Shown: one piece after another, positions 35,743-44,707 of the stretch | Layout of the letters: every line of letters begins with the position of its first letter | Position numbering within the stretch: position 1 is the stretch's first letter | Assembly (NCBI GenBank): GCA_041666065.1 | Contig: JBAYHQ010000001.1 | Location: 1 to 50,586, forward strand | Reading direction: 5' to 3' | DNA length: 50,586 nucleotides | Source: Minisyncoccota bacterium | GTDB taxonomy: Bacteria; Patescibacteriota; Minisyncoccia; Phycocordibacterales; Phycocordibacteraceae | Translations under genes and position numbers: made by a program | Notes under the pieces: generated by a model | What the model was told of the DNA's origin: nothing | Database searches by the model: none | What the model saw: only the letters and a program-made list of their open reading frames with translations

Positions 35743-37073
35743 GCGTCGTTACCCGCATTCCTCCAAGCCCGACCGGCCGTCTCCATATCGGCACGGCGCG
35801 TACTGCGCTCTTTAATTTCCTCTTTGCTCGGCACAACGGTGGCACGATAGTGTTCCGCAGTGAGGACACCGACCGTGCACGCAGTACGAAGGAGCACGAG
35901 GAGGAAATACTTGAGGGCCTTACGTGGCTCGGTATCTCGTGGGACTCCTTCTCGCGACAGAGCGAACGCGGCGAGCGCTACCGCGAACTTCTGGAACAAA
36001 TCATCAAGGAGGACAAGGCCTATATCTCTACCGAGCCAAGCAGGGAAGACGCTACGCGGACCGTTGACGTCGTGCGTCTTCGCAATCCGGGGACGACCGT
36101 CACGTTCGCCGATCTGGTGCGCGGCGATATCACCTTTGATACTGCCGAGCTTGGCGACTTCGTCATCGCACGCTCCATAAACGATGCGCTGTATCATTTT
36201 GCCGTCGTCGCGGACGACATGGACGCAGGCGTGACCCACGTGATCCGCGGCGAGGACCACATCTCCAACACGCCGCGGCAGATCCTCATACAGGAAGCGC
36301 TTGGTGCGCCGCGCCCCGCGTACGTACACTTGCCGCTCATCCTTGACGAGAAGCGCGCGAAACTCTCCAAGCGAAGCGGTACTGCCGTAAGCGTGTCTGA
36401 TTATCGTGACGAAGGGTTTCTGCCAGAAGCGCTCGTGAACTATCTCGCGCTTCTCGGCTGGAGCCCGCGAGACGACCGCGAGGATTTCTCTATGGCCGAA
36501 CTTATTGAGGCCTTCACGCTTGAAGGCGTACAGAAGAGCGGTGCTGCATGGAGCCGCGAGAAGCTCCTCTCGGTAAACCAGCACTGGATGCGCAAACTGT
36601 CTACGAGCGACTTCGTCACCCGCGGGAATCTCTCTGCACCCAACACGGAGAAACTCAGCAAGATCGTCCCGCTTCTTCAGGAGCGCGCACAGACCTTTGC
36701 AGAGGCGCGAGGGATGCTTACTGGCGAGCTGGCGTGTCTCTTTGAAGCGCCGAATCCTGCACGCGAGCGCCTGACTGCCAAGGAGCTTCCTGACCGCCCC
36801 AACATGACCAAAACGGCTCTAGAAAGCCTCTCTGCGGCCCTAGAAGCCCTGCCTGAGGGCGTTTCAGCCGAGGAGGTAAAGCGCAGCCTTATGCCGCTCG
36901 CCGATGCCGAGGAGGCGAGCGGGAAAGGTGGTCGGGGGGCGGTCCTCTGGCCCTTGCGCTACGCACTCTCTGGAGCTGACCGTTCGCCAGACCCGTTCAC
37001 ACTTATTTCTATACTCGGCAAAGAGGAGTCTATCGCGCGCGTGCAGAGAGCTATTGCTATACTGAACAAATGA
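35739..37073 (+). CDS. gltX: glutamate--tRNA ligase
   Basis: RIPPSPTGRLHIGTARTALFN carries the HIGH motif, along with HVIRGEDHISNTPRQ and KLSKR (KMSKS-type). The start overlaps murG (ATGA). Confidence 0.92.
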   Translation: MSVVTRIPPSPTGRLHIGTARTALFNFLFARHNGGTIVFRSEDTDRARSTKEHEEEILEGLTWLGISWDSFSRQSERGERYRELLEQIIKEDKAYISTEPSREDATRTVDVVRLRNPGTTVTFADLVRGDITFDTAELGDFVIARSINDALYHFAVVADDMDAGVTHVIRGEDHISNTPRQILIQEALGAPRPAYVHLPLILDEKRAKLSKRSGTAVSVSDYRDEGFLPEALVNYLALLGWSPRDDREDFSMAELIEAFTLEGVQKSGAAWSREKLLSVNQHWMRKLSTSDFVTRGNLSAPNTEKLSKIVPLLQERAQTFAEARGMLTGELACLFEAPNPARERLTAKELPDRPNMTKTALESLSAALEALPEGVSAEEVKRSLMPLADAEEASGKGGRGAVLWPLRYALSGADRSPDPFTLISILGKEESIARVQRAIAILNK

Positions 37074-38410
37074 AGCGTCTTGGGGTCTGTCTCTTTTTCC
37101 TCATAGCCGCCGCGGGCGGCACGCTCGTGAACCCCAGTCAGGTATACGCTGACGCAGAAGCAGATCTGCAAGCGCAGATTGATACGAACAACAAGCAAGT
37201 GGAGGCGCTCCGCGCCGAGATAGCCGCGTATCAGAAGGAGCTTGATGCTGTCGGTGCGAAGAAGAGCACGCTGCAATCCGCCATCAACGCACTGACGCTC
37301 TCGCAGAAACAGCTTGCGACGCAGATCAAGGTGACTGAGAGCAGAATCGCTTCGGCAAATTTGCGCATACGCCAACTCTCGCTCTCTATCGGCGATAAGG
37401 AGGCCTCTATCACGGTGAGTCAGAACGCTATCGCGAAACAGATGCGAAGCGTGACCGAGAACGAGGGTAAGCCGCTCATCGTGCGCCTCATCTCCTCCGA
37501 CTCGCTCGGCGAAGCGTGGCAGGAGACCGACCGAGCCATAGAGTTCAACGACGCGCTCTCTGCAAACATACGTGAGCTCCGTGCGGTCCGCGCCGCACTC
37601 GGTGCTGATCGCGACAAGGTGACCGCCGCTAAGGCAGACCTGCTCGCACTCCAGAAAGACCTAAAGCTCCAGAAGCGCTCGGTTGACGCAAGCAAGGCGG
37701 CGCAGACCCAGCTCCTCGCACAGACCAAGAATCAGGAGGCGAACTATCAGAAGCTCATCGCGCAGAAACAGGCGGCAGAGAAATCGTTTGAGCAAGAGCT
37801 TATCAACCTGCAAGGCCAGCTGAACCTCGTCGTGCACCCTAACCTCCTGCCGAAAGTCGGTTCCGGTGTGCTCGCATGGCCCTTTAGCGATGCGTTCATG
37901 TTCAACTGCACCCAACGGAAGAAAGTATTCGGCAATCTCTTCTGCGTCTCTCAATACTTCGGCAACACCGCCTTCTCAACTGCCAATTCGCAGATATATA
38001 ACGGCCACGGACACAACGCTATAGACATCGCTGCGCCTATCGGCACCCCCGTCTATGCGGCTCTCGGCGGGACAGTACTCGCGACAGGGAACACCGACCT
38101 CGTCCGTGGCTGCTACTCCTTCGGCAAGTGGGTCATGGTCACCCACAGCAACGGTCTCTCTACGCTCTACTCCCACCTCTCCGAGATAGACGTCGCGAAG
38201 GGGCAGTGGGTAGGCGCGAAGCAGCTCGTGGGCCTCTCTGGCATGACCGGCTACGCCACCGGCCCGCACCTCCACTTCGGCGTGTACGCGACCGAGGGTA
38301 CGCAGATCATGACGCTGAAGCAGTTCCGCAGCACGAACACCTCCTGTGCGAACGCGACGATGCCGGTCGCGACCCTCACCGCGTACCTTAACCCCCTTTC
38401 GTACCTCTAA
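37070..38410 (+). CDS. M23 family (LytM/EnvC-like) peptidoglycan endopeptidase with coiled-coil N-terminus
   Basis: A signal/TM segment and a long coiled coil precede HNAIDIAAPIGTPVYA and GPHLHFGVY (HxxxD / HxH). Confidence 0.88.
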   Translation: MKRLGVCLFFLIAAAGGTLVNPSQVYADAEADLQAQIDTNNKQVEALRAEIAAYQKELDAVGAKKSTLQSAINALTLSQKQLATQIKVTESRIASANLRIRQLSLSIGDKEASITVSQNAIAKQMRSVTENEGKPLIVRLISSDSLGEAWQETDRAIEFNDALSANIRELRAVRAALGADRDKVTAAKADLLALQKDLKLQKRSVDASKAAQTQLLAQTKNQEANYQKLIAQKQAAEKSFEQELINLQGQLNLVVHPNLLPKVGSGVLAWPFSDAFMFNCTQRKKVFGNLFCVSQYFGNTAFSTANSQIYNGHGHNAIDIAAPIGTPVYAALGGTVLATGNTDLVRGCYSFGKWVMVTHSNGLSTLYSHLSEIDVAKGQWVGAKQLVGLSGMTGYATGPHLHFGVYATEGTQIMTLKQFRSTNTSCANATMPVATLTAYLNPLSYL

Positions 38411-38428
38411 TGGTATAATCCGGCGACA

Positions 38429-39370
38429 ATGGATTTCATCAAGGAATTCGGTCAGCTCGGCAAGCACGACGCCGCTATAGCGGGCGGGAAGGGTGCTTCG
38501 CTCGGCGAAATGACGCAGGCGGGGATCCCTGTGCCCCCAGGGTTCGTCATCCTCTCCGGCGCTTTTGAACATTTCCTTGAAGAGACCGGCCTACATGCCG
38601 AGATTGACGCGACCCTGCACACCGTCTCTCCAAGCGAGATGCACACCGTGGAGCATGCTTCGGAGAAGATACAGGCGCTCATACTCGGCGCGAAGATGCC
38701 GGAGGACATCGCGACTGAAATACAGAAGCTCTTCGCGAAGTTAGATGCCGAGTATGTAGCGGTACGCTCAAGCGCGACTGCCGAGGACTCCGCGAGCGCC
38801 GCGTGGGCGGGTCAACTGGACAGTTTCCTCAACACGACCGACGACACGCTCCTCACGAACGTGCAGCGTTGCTGGGCCTCGCTCTTCACCCCGCGCGCTA
38901 TCTTCTACCGATTTGAGAAAGAGCTCCATACGCAGAAGATCTCGGTCGCGGTGGTGGTGCAGAAGATGGTGCAGAGCGAGGTTTCCGGCATCGCCTTCTC
39001 GGTGCATCCGGTGACCGAGGACTACAACCAGCTCATCATTGAAGCGGGCTTCGGCCTCGGCGAGGCTATCGTCTCCGGCTCGGTCACGCCTGACAGCTAC
39101 GTGGTGGAGAAAGAGCCGCGGCGTATCATAGACAAGAACGTCACGTACCAGAGCCGCGCGCTCTGGCGCGCGGAGAACGGCGGCAACGAGTGGCGTGCTC
39201 TCTCCGAGACAGAGGGCACGAAGCCCGCACTCTCCGACGAGCAGGCGCTTGAGCTCTCCGAGATTATCCTGCGCATTGAACGCCACTACGGCTTCCCATG
39301 CGACATTGAGTGGGCGTACGAGGCGGGGACATTTTTCATCACCCAGTCTCGCCCGATCACCACGCTTGCT
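38429..39370 (+). other. domain: PPDK_N-type ATP-grasp nucleotide-binding domain (only copy in the operon)
   Basis: The domain runs from the start to FITQSRPITT, with the canonical PEP synthase / PPDK / rifampin phosphotransferase N-terminal motifs. Confidence 0.8.
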
Positions 39371-42300
39371 CCGCTCGCGGTAAAAGATGAAGCTGAGTTT
39401 ATCTCCCCAGAGCTCGCGCGTTTTCCACGACAGGATTACGAATTCGTAGGCCGGTGGAAAAGCGATTTGTTCACCGGATATTTTTGGAATTATTGGTTTA
39501 GGAAGGAGATGCTCAAGAAACTCGATTTCTCCGTACCTTTTTCGGGTTCGCTCGGATTGAAAGGCGGCAACACTTTTTATCACAAGCAGGTTGTGCAGTG
39601 GGGTTCGGATGAGATGCAGCGAATGCTTGCGGACCACTTAGAGACGCGTTCAAAGAGATTCAGAGACAGTGCCGAAAAAGATTTTGCAGAACTTCTGAAA
39701 AAGGCTGACTCCTTCGCGGAGAGTATGCCAGACCAAAACAATTTCAAGCAAGTCGTTGATGCGTATCAGGACTTCATGCTGTATTTCCTTACGGCCAATC
39801 TTATAAGCCCTCACTTTGATCCGCTGATTGCTGAGAAAGCAGTTGAGGAAGGCGTGCCCGCCGAAGACGTCGTCAGTCTGATCCCGAAATTCCCTGCACA
39901 GATTGAGACTCAGCATGCGGATGCGAGAAGGCTACTCGGTCTTCTGAAGAAGAAATCACTTGACGCATTACTCGGCGTTGATACAGAGAAACTCGTTATT
40001 GCGATTAACACAGATAAAGAGCTCAAGGGTGAATTTGAAAAACATCTGAAAGAGTTCGGCTGGCTGGAACTGTTGAACTTCGTAGGGGCGCCTCTTTCGC
40101 TGGAACGTCTTTTAGGCCAATTGAAAACGGCGTCGGGGGCAGAACAGGCGCACGAGCACGCCGCTCACGCGTACAAACTCTCCGATGAATTCAAGCACCT
40201 GCTCAAGACTGCGGCAGACATAGGTTTCGTACGTCAAGCGGCGGCTGAGACTTCCTCTATATTCCACTACAAGCTCATCTCGTATCTTGAGAAAACTGCG
40301 CAGGCGCTTGGTCTCACGTATCGGGAAATGCTTAACCTCGTCCCTCCTGAAATTGTCCAAGGATTGAGCGGTGCGAAATCGCACGAGGAACTGAAACGAA
40401 CTGCTGAGAAGAGGGCGGGATATAACTGGCTCGTGTACGGAGATATCGCGACAGAGAGCCTCATTGTCATAGACGAGAAAGAGGATGTGGAGAAGATGTG
40501 CTCGCTCATGATCCCCACTGCAGATGAAGGCGCTGATACGCTCGGCGGACAGATCGGGAACAAGGGGAAGGTGCAGGGGAGGGTAAGTGTGATCATGGCG
40601 TCCGACGATTTTCACAAGTTTGTAGAAGGGAATGTGCTCGTCACGACCATGACGACGCCCGACTTCGTCATCCTGATGCAGAAGTCGGTCGCGATTGTGA
40701 CCGACATCGGCGGCATGCTCTCCCACGCCTCCATCGTCTCGCGCGAGCTAGGGAAGCCCTGTGTCATCGGTACGAAGTTCGCCACGCAAGTCCTCCGCGA
40801 CGGTGACCTTGTGGAGGTAGACGCTGACAGCGGGGTGGTGCGCATATTGGAGCGCACAGGGTCGAGCCCTGCTGTGCTCGTCGACCCAGATAAGGAATTG
40901 CTCATTATGAGAGACCGGCCGTCAATGTTGTCTCCTGTGTACTGGAATCAAGTCCTTCAGATTAGCGATGAAGTAAAAGAGATATACGGTGATGTTCTAA
41001 GTACCGAATACACGACTCATTCAAACGGGAGAATGAGCTCGGTAATGATAAAGAATGAATGGAATAGGGTTGGGGATTTCATAGCAAACAAAATAGTAGA
41101 TAGTGAAGAATACTTTAAGAAAATTGTGCGGAAGACGGAAGAATCTAAAAAGCACATTCAGTCTTTTTTAAAAGAAATAGCTGAAGAGAATTTAGAGAAT
41201 CTTAACTTTGACGAGCTGACTAAAAAAGTCGAGACGATTAGGGACCTGTTTTTTGAATACGATGCTGCCAGTGTGTTCGCTTGGTTTGTCGCTGGAGATC
41301 AAATTAAACAGAAGATTGATTCAATTCTCAAGTTATCAAAAGAAGATTTGGATATACTCTCTCTTCCCAAAGAAAGAACCTTTGCCTCTCAAATGGAGCA
41401 AGAGGTTTTAGAGGTGGCTGTTGCTACTTCAAAAGATATTGAAAAAGAAGCTGAGAAGTTAGAAAAACGATTCTATTGGATTCTTTTTGGTTATGACGGT
41501 CCAACGGTGTGTGATAAAAATTATTTCATTGAGCAGATACAGATGCATCGAAAAGAAATGTCTGAGACAAGAAAAAGACTTGCTGAAATCAAGAGTACTG
41601 AAAATGATATTAGAGACAAAAGAGAAATAATTATAAAAAGGGAGAGCTTCACAGAAGCCGACGAACGTCTCATAGATATTTTGCGCCGCATTACTACTTG
41701 GACCGACGAAAGAAAGATGTTGGATTTCCAACTCTTCTACCATCACAATAGAGTCCTGACTTCTATAGGCTCAATGTTTGGAGCCTCTATTACGCAGATG
41801 AAGTATCTTTTCACCCACGAATTAAGAGGCCTTAAGGAAAAACACAAAGAGCTACTGATTGAAGCCGATAAGCGTATACAGAATGATTTTATTGTCATAA
41901 GTCATGGGGACACCTTAAGGATAGCCTCCGATGAGGAGAAGGCTCTCTTCAAGAAAGTGATAGATGCCCAACTCAAACATACCGAGGTAAAAGGCAACGT
42001 GGCTAGTGCCGGCCCCCAGAAGACATATCGTGCTGTAGCGAGAGTATTGCTGTCTCCAGCCGAGTGCTCAAAGGTCAAGGGTGGAGAAATAATGGTGGCA
42101 ACAATGACTACGCCGGACTATGTTCCTGCCATGAGAAATGCTCTTGGTTTCATAACTGATGAGGGTGGAGTCACGTGTCATGCTGCTATTGTTGGGCGCG
42201 AAATGAATAAACCATGCATTATAGGGACCAAGGTAGCCACCAAAATCCTAAAGGATGGCGATTTCGTGGAGATGGACGTTAATAACGGTGTGGTGCGTAT

Positions 42301-43414
42301 ATTGGAGCGGACAGGGGATGCGGCGATAAAGAAAAGTCTGGTGTGGAATCCTCAAGCGGCGAATAGCACTGTCATCGAGCAGATAGAAAGCACTGATTGG
42401 CGTCAGGACTGGTCAGACGTATACAGCACCATTGAGGCGTCCTTAGACATAGATTCGTATTTCGGCGTATTTGAGAAAGTCTGTGGGACAAGCTTCTCCA
42501 GCATAATGCTTATCTTTGACGGGGACACGACGGTCTGCTGGAGCCCCACTAACGAGTCTGAGGAGCTTGGGACGCATCTGGTACAGAAAATGCTTGATCC
42601 TGTATTCCTCAAGCAGTGGGTCGCCGCATACAAGTCTCACGCTGACACTCTTACTGAGTTCGTTAAGTTGCCGTTTGACGAGTTTCTCAAACGTCTCCCT
42701 GAATATAAAGAGAGGTACCCTTACCTCGCCCCGCACGTCATCGGTACGAAAATAGCTTTTAATCTATTGCCGATGGGGCACGAGGATGTCGCTGCGGAGC
42801 TTGAGGCGGCGCGTCGGTACACCGAGATGTTCTACAAGAATTCCACGCACGTCATGAACGAGTTGTGCGCGCACATCGCGAAAGAGAAGGGATACAGTTT
42901 GAAATCGATACGTGCCTTGTCGGTAGATGAGCTCTGTGAGTACGGTCAGACTGGCGTGCTTCCTGAGGAGAGTGTGTTGGAGGCACGGTCTGCTATAAAG
43001 GGCATCTATCTAGAGAAGGGGCGGCAGCATACGCTATCTGCCGACGATGTCTCCGACATACAGAAATCATGGCAGACGAGCGTGGAAGGCGACACTTTGA
43101 AAGGTGCGAGTGCTTATCCGGGCATCGTAAGGGGCGTATGCCGTGTGGTCATAGACTATCGTACTGCATCAGTAGATGACGGGGAGGTGCTTGTAGCGAC
43201 CATGACCGACCCGCGATTTGTTCCGTTCATGAAGAAGGCGGCGGCCATAGTGACTGATGGCGGTGGTATGCTCTCGCACGCGGCCATCGTCGCGCGCGAA
43301 CTCAAAGTGCCGTGCGTCGTGGGGACGAAGCTCGCGACACAAGTCCTCCATGACGGCGACCTCGTGGAGGTAGACGCTGACAGCGGGGTGGTGCGCATTC
43401 TGGAAAAAAAATAA
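38429..43414 (+). CDS. 1661-aa tri-modular PpsA/RPH-like phosphotransferase: PPDK_N ATP-grasp domain + three (helical domain + phosphohistidine swivel) modules, no PEP/pyruvate TIM barrel
   Basis: The N-terminus has GGKGASLGEM, VAVRSSATAEDSASAAWAGQLDSFLN and FITQSRPIT (PPDK_N). Three swivel domains carry TTMTTPDF..IVTDIGGMLSHASIVSRELGKPCV, ATMTTPDY..ITDEGGVTCHAAIVGREMNKPCI and ATMTDPRF..IVTDGGGMLSHAAIVARELKVPCV. Confidence 0.85.
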   Translation: MDFIKEFGQLGKHDAAIAGGKGASLGEMTQAGIPVPPGFVILSGAFEHFLEETGLHAEIDATLHTVSPSEMHTVEHASEKIQALILGAKMPEDIATEIQKLFAKLDAEYVAVRSSATAEDSASAAWAGQLDSFLNTTDDTLLTNVQRCWASLFTPRAIFYRFEKELHTQKISVAVVVQKMVQSEVSGIAFSVHPVTEDYNQLIIEAGFGLGEAIVSGSVTPDSYVVEKEPRRIIDKNVTYQSRALWRAENGGNEWRALSETEGTKPALSDEQALELSEIILRIERHYGFPCDIEWAYEAGTFFITQSRPITTLAPLAVKDEAEFISPELARFPRQDYEFVGRWKSDLFTGYFWNYWFRKEMLKKLDFSVPFSGSLGLKGGNTFYHKQVVQWGSDEMQRMLADHLETRSKRFRDSAEKDFAELLKKADSFAESMPDQNNFKQVVDAYQDFMLYFLTANLISPHFDPLIAEKAVEEGVPAEDVVSLIPKFPAQIETQHADARRLLGLLKKKSLDALLGVDTEKLVIAINTDKELKGEFEKHLKEFGWLELLNFVGAPLSLERLLGQLKTASGAEQAHEHAAHAYKLSDEFKHLLKTAADIGFVRQAAAETSSIFHYKLISYLEKTAQALGLTYREMLNLVPPEIVQGLSGAKSHEELKRTAEKRAGYNWLVYGDIATESLIVIDEKEDVEKMCSLMIPTADEGADTLGGQIGNKGKVQGRVSVIMASDDFHKFVEGNVLVTTMTTPDFVILMQKSVAIVTDIGGMLSHASIVSRELGKPCVIGTKFATQVLRDGDLVEVDADSGVVRILERTGSSPAVLVDPDKELLIMRDRPSMLSPVYWNQVLQISDEVKEIYGDVLSTEYTTHSNGRMSSVMIKNEWNRVGDFIANKIVDSEEYFKKIVRKTEESKKHIQSFLKEIAEENLENLNFDELTKKVETIRDLFFEYDAASVFAWFVAGDQIKQKIDSILKLSKEDLDILSLPKERTFASQMEQEVLEVAVATSKDIEKEAEKLEKRFYWILFGYDGPTVCDKNYFIEQIQMHRKEMSETRKRLAEIKSTENDIRDKREIIIKRESFTEADERLIDILRRITTWTDERKMLDFQLFYHHNRVLTSIGSMFGASITQMKYLFTHELRGLKEKHKELLIEADKRIQNDFIVISHGDTLRIASDEEKALFKKVIDAQLKHTEVKGNVASAGPQKTYRAVARVLLSPAECSKVKGGEIMVATMTTPDYVPAMRNALGFITDEGGVTCHAAIVGREMNKPCIIGTKVATKILKDGDFVEMDVNNGVVRILERTGDAAIKKSLVWNPQAANSTVIEQIESTDWRQDWSDVYSTIEASLDIDSYFGVFEKVCGTSFSSIMLIFDGDTTVCWSPTNESEELGTHLVQKMLDPVFLKQWVAAYKSHADTLTEFVKLPFDEFLKRLPEYKERYPYLAPHVIGTKIAFNLLPMGHEDVAAELEAARRYTEMFYKNSTHVMNELCAHIAKEKGYSLKSIRALSVDELCEYGQTGVLPEESVLEARSAIKGIYLEKGRQHTLSADDVSDIQKSWQTSVEGDTLKGASAYPGIVRGVCRVVIDYRTASVDDGEVLVATMTDPRFVPFMKKAAAIVTDGGGMLSHAAIVARELKVPCVVGTKLATQVLHDGDLVEVDADSGVVRILEKK
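40541..40861 (+). other. domain: swivel (PEP-utilizers mobile) domain 1, His codon 40724-40726
   Basis: LGGQIGNKGKVQGRVSVI...GGMLSHASIV...DGDLVEVDADSGVVRILERTG. Confidence 0.85.
41987..42316 (+). other. domain: swivel domain 2, His codon 42179-42181
   Basis: VKGNVASAGPQKTYRAVARVL...GGVTCHAAIV...DGDFVEMDVNNGVVRILERTG, encoded in AT-rich DNA. Confidence 0.85.
43097..43411 (+). other. domain: swivel domain 3, His codon 43277-43279
   Basis: LKGASAYPGIVRGVCRVV...GGMLSHAAIV...DGDLVEVDADSGVVRILEKK. Confidence 0.85.
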
Positions 43415-44701
43415 ATGGAAAAACTCTCTTGGCTTTCTTCAAAAGAAGGTGCTGATGTGCGTACTATCATCACTCACTTCTGGGACACGCTCTCCACTAA
43501 AGCGTATCCAGTAACTAAGGGTACGATGCGCGTCCCTATCTCTCTTGAGCCTTTCACTCTCTCGCGCGAAGAATATGAGAACCTTAATAAAAATCTGCTT
43601 CTGGTTATTTCGGCGGCACGGAAACTTGCCGAACACTATTTTACCGACCAAGACTTGCAGACGATATTTAGCCTCAATGCAGCCGAAGTTGGTTTGATTG
43701 AAGCCTCAAAGGACGAACCGTTTGTGGGAATCGTGAGAGCCGACCTCTTCTATGGCGCTCAACCGAAGTTGGTGGAACTTAACACCGATTTCCCCGATGG
43801 GTTCTTCATGCATGATGTGACCGCGCAGACTATTCAAGATCTCCTGCCGGCACACTACGAGACTAACTCAAACGCCGCGCTATTTCAGAGACTGCTTGAA
43901 TCAGCAGGAGTTAGTAAGCAAGACCATATTTTCATTGGCTATGATAAAGGCAGGAAGTTCATAGACGAATTCGCCCTAACGCAACGTACGCTAGAAGGGC
44001 AGGGGTGGAAGCGTGTAAGTTACGGCGCTATTGAAGATTTGGAATATCGAGATGGTGTCTTTTATTGGAACGATGAACCGGTACAAGTCATCCGGCGTGG
44101 CGTGGAGACTTCAAAAATGCGCGCGAATACAGAACTCTTGGCGAATATCACGCGGGCACAGCGAGATTCTGGACTTAAGGTAATCAACAACTTCAAGATG
44201 CGCCTGCTTGGGCACAAGTCCCTTCTGGCGGCACTCTGGGACACGCGATTTGAAAAATATATGAGCGACGAGGAACTCGGAGCGGTTAAGTCTCTCGTCC
44301 CCGAAACATTGAAGTTGGAAACGGCAGGTTTGGAGAAAATATCCATAGAAAAAGATGGGTGGGTACTAAAGCCCTCCGACCTTACTGAGGGCGAAGGTGT
44401 CGTCATAGGCTCTGCATGCAGCGCCACCGAGTGGTCGGCGAGTATTGAAGAAGCACTCAAGAATCCGCGAGCGTGGCTTCTGCAACGCAAGGCAGATATT
44501 CCTAAAGACACGTTCTCCCTGTTCAACGCTGAGACCGGCGAGACCCACTCGTCGGAGATGAGCTACGATCTAGATCCGCATATCGTCCTGTTTAGAGACC
44601 ACGCCGAAATGGGCAATATGCTCGTGCGATTCTCCCCGTCGGAGATACTGAACGTCATGAAAGGCGGCGGTTTAACCTACGCTTTCGTAGGAGTAGAATA
44701 A
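43415..44701 (+). CDS. ATP-grasp ligase of the glutathionylspermidine-synthase-like / circularly permuted type-2 ATP-grasp group
   Basis: VGIVRADLFYGAQPKLVELNTDFPDG resembles the R-x-D...K-L-x-E-x-N-x-D-x-P signature of GspS-like amidoligases. GWVLKPSDLTEGEGVVIG is an ATP-grasp strand-loop motif. The ATG directly follows the TAA of the giant ORF, in the same frame. Confidence 0.6.
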   Translation: MEKLSWLSSKEGADVRTIITHFWDTLSTKAYPVTKGTMRVPISLEPFTLSREEYENLNKNLLLVISAARKLAEHYFTDQDLQTIFSLNAAEVGLIEASKDEPFVGIVRADLFYGAQPKLVELNTDFPDGFFMHDVTAQTIQDLLPAHYETNSNAALFQRLLESAGVSKQDHIFIGYDKGRKFIDEFALTQRTLEGQGWKRVSYGAIEDLEYRDGVFYWNDEPVQVIRRGVETSKMRANTELLANITRAQRDSGLKVINNFKMRLLGHKSLLAALWDTRFEKYMSDEELGAVKSLVPETLKLETAGLEKISIEKDGWVLKPSDLTEGEGVVIGSACSATEWSASIEEALKNPRAWLLQRKADIPKDTFSLFNAETGETHSSEMSYDLDPHIVLFRDHAEMGNMLVRFSPSEILNVMKGGGLTYAFVGVE

Positions 44702-44707
44702 ACATCT

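Noticed and set aside
38768-39637. Long antisense ORFs opposite well-supported genes. This one is 289 aa. Others are 10127-10759, 20351-21013, 23947-24684, 26245-27210, 35730-36584 and 16047-16793.
   Set aside because: Each overlaps a + strand gene with unmistakable family motifs (r-proteins, trpS, aspS, gltX, dnaK, PPDK_N domain). Their translations are Arg/His/Leu-rich with no motifs, so they are GC-driven shadow frames.
38429-43414. Annotating the giant ORF as phosphoenolpyruvate synthase (ppsA) or pyruvate phosphate dikinase.
   Set aside because: The N-terminal ATP-grasp and swivel motifs fit, but I could not find the C-terminal PEP/pyruvate-binding TIM-barrel region in this ORF or its neighbours. 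The triple swivel layout also does not fit either enzyme. The closer architectural analogue is RPH.
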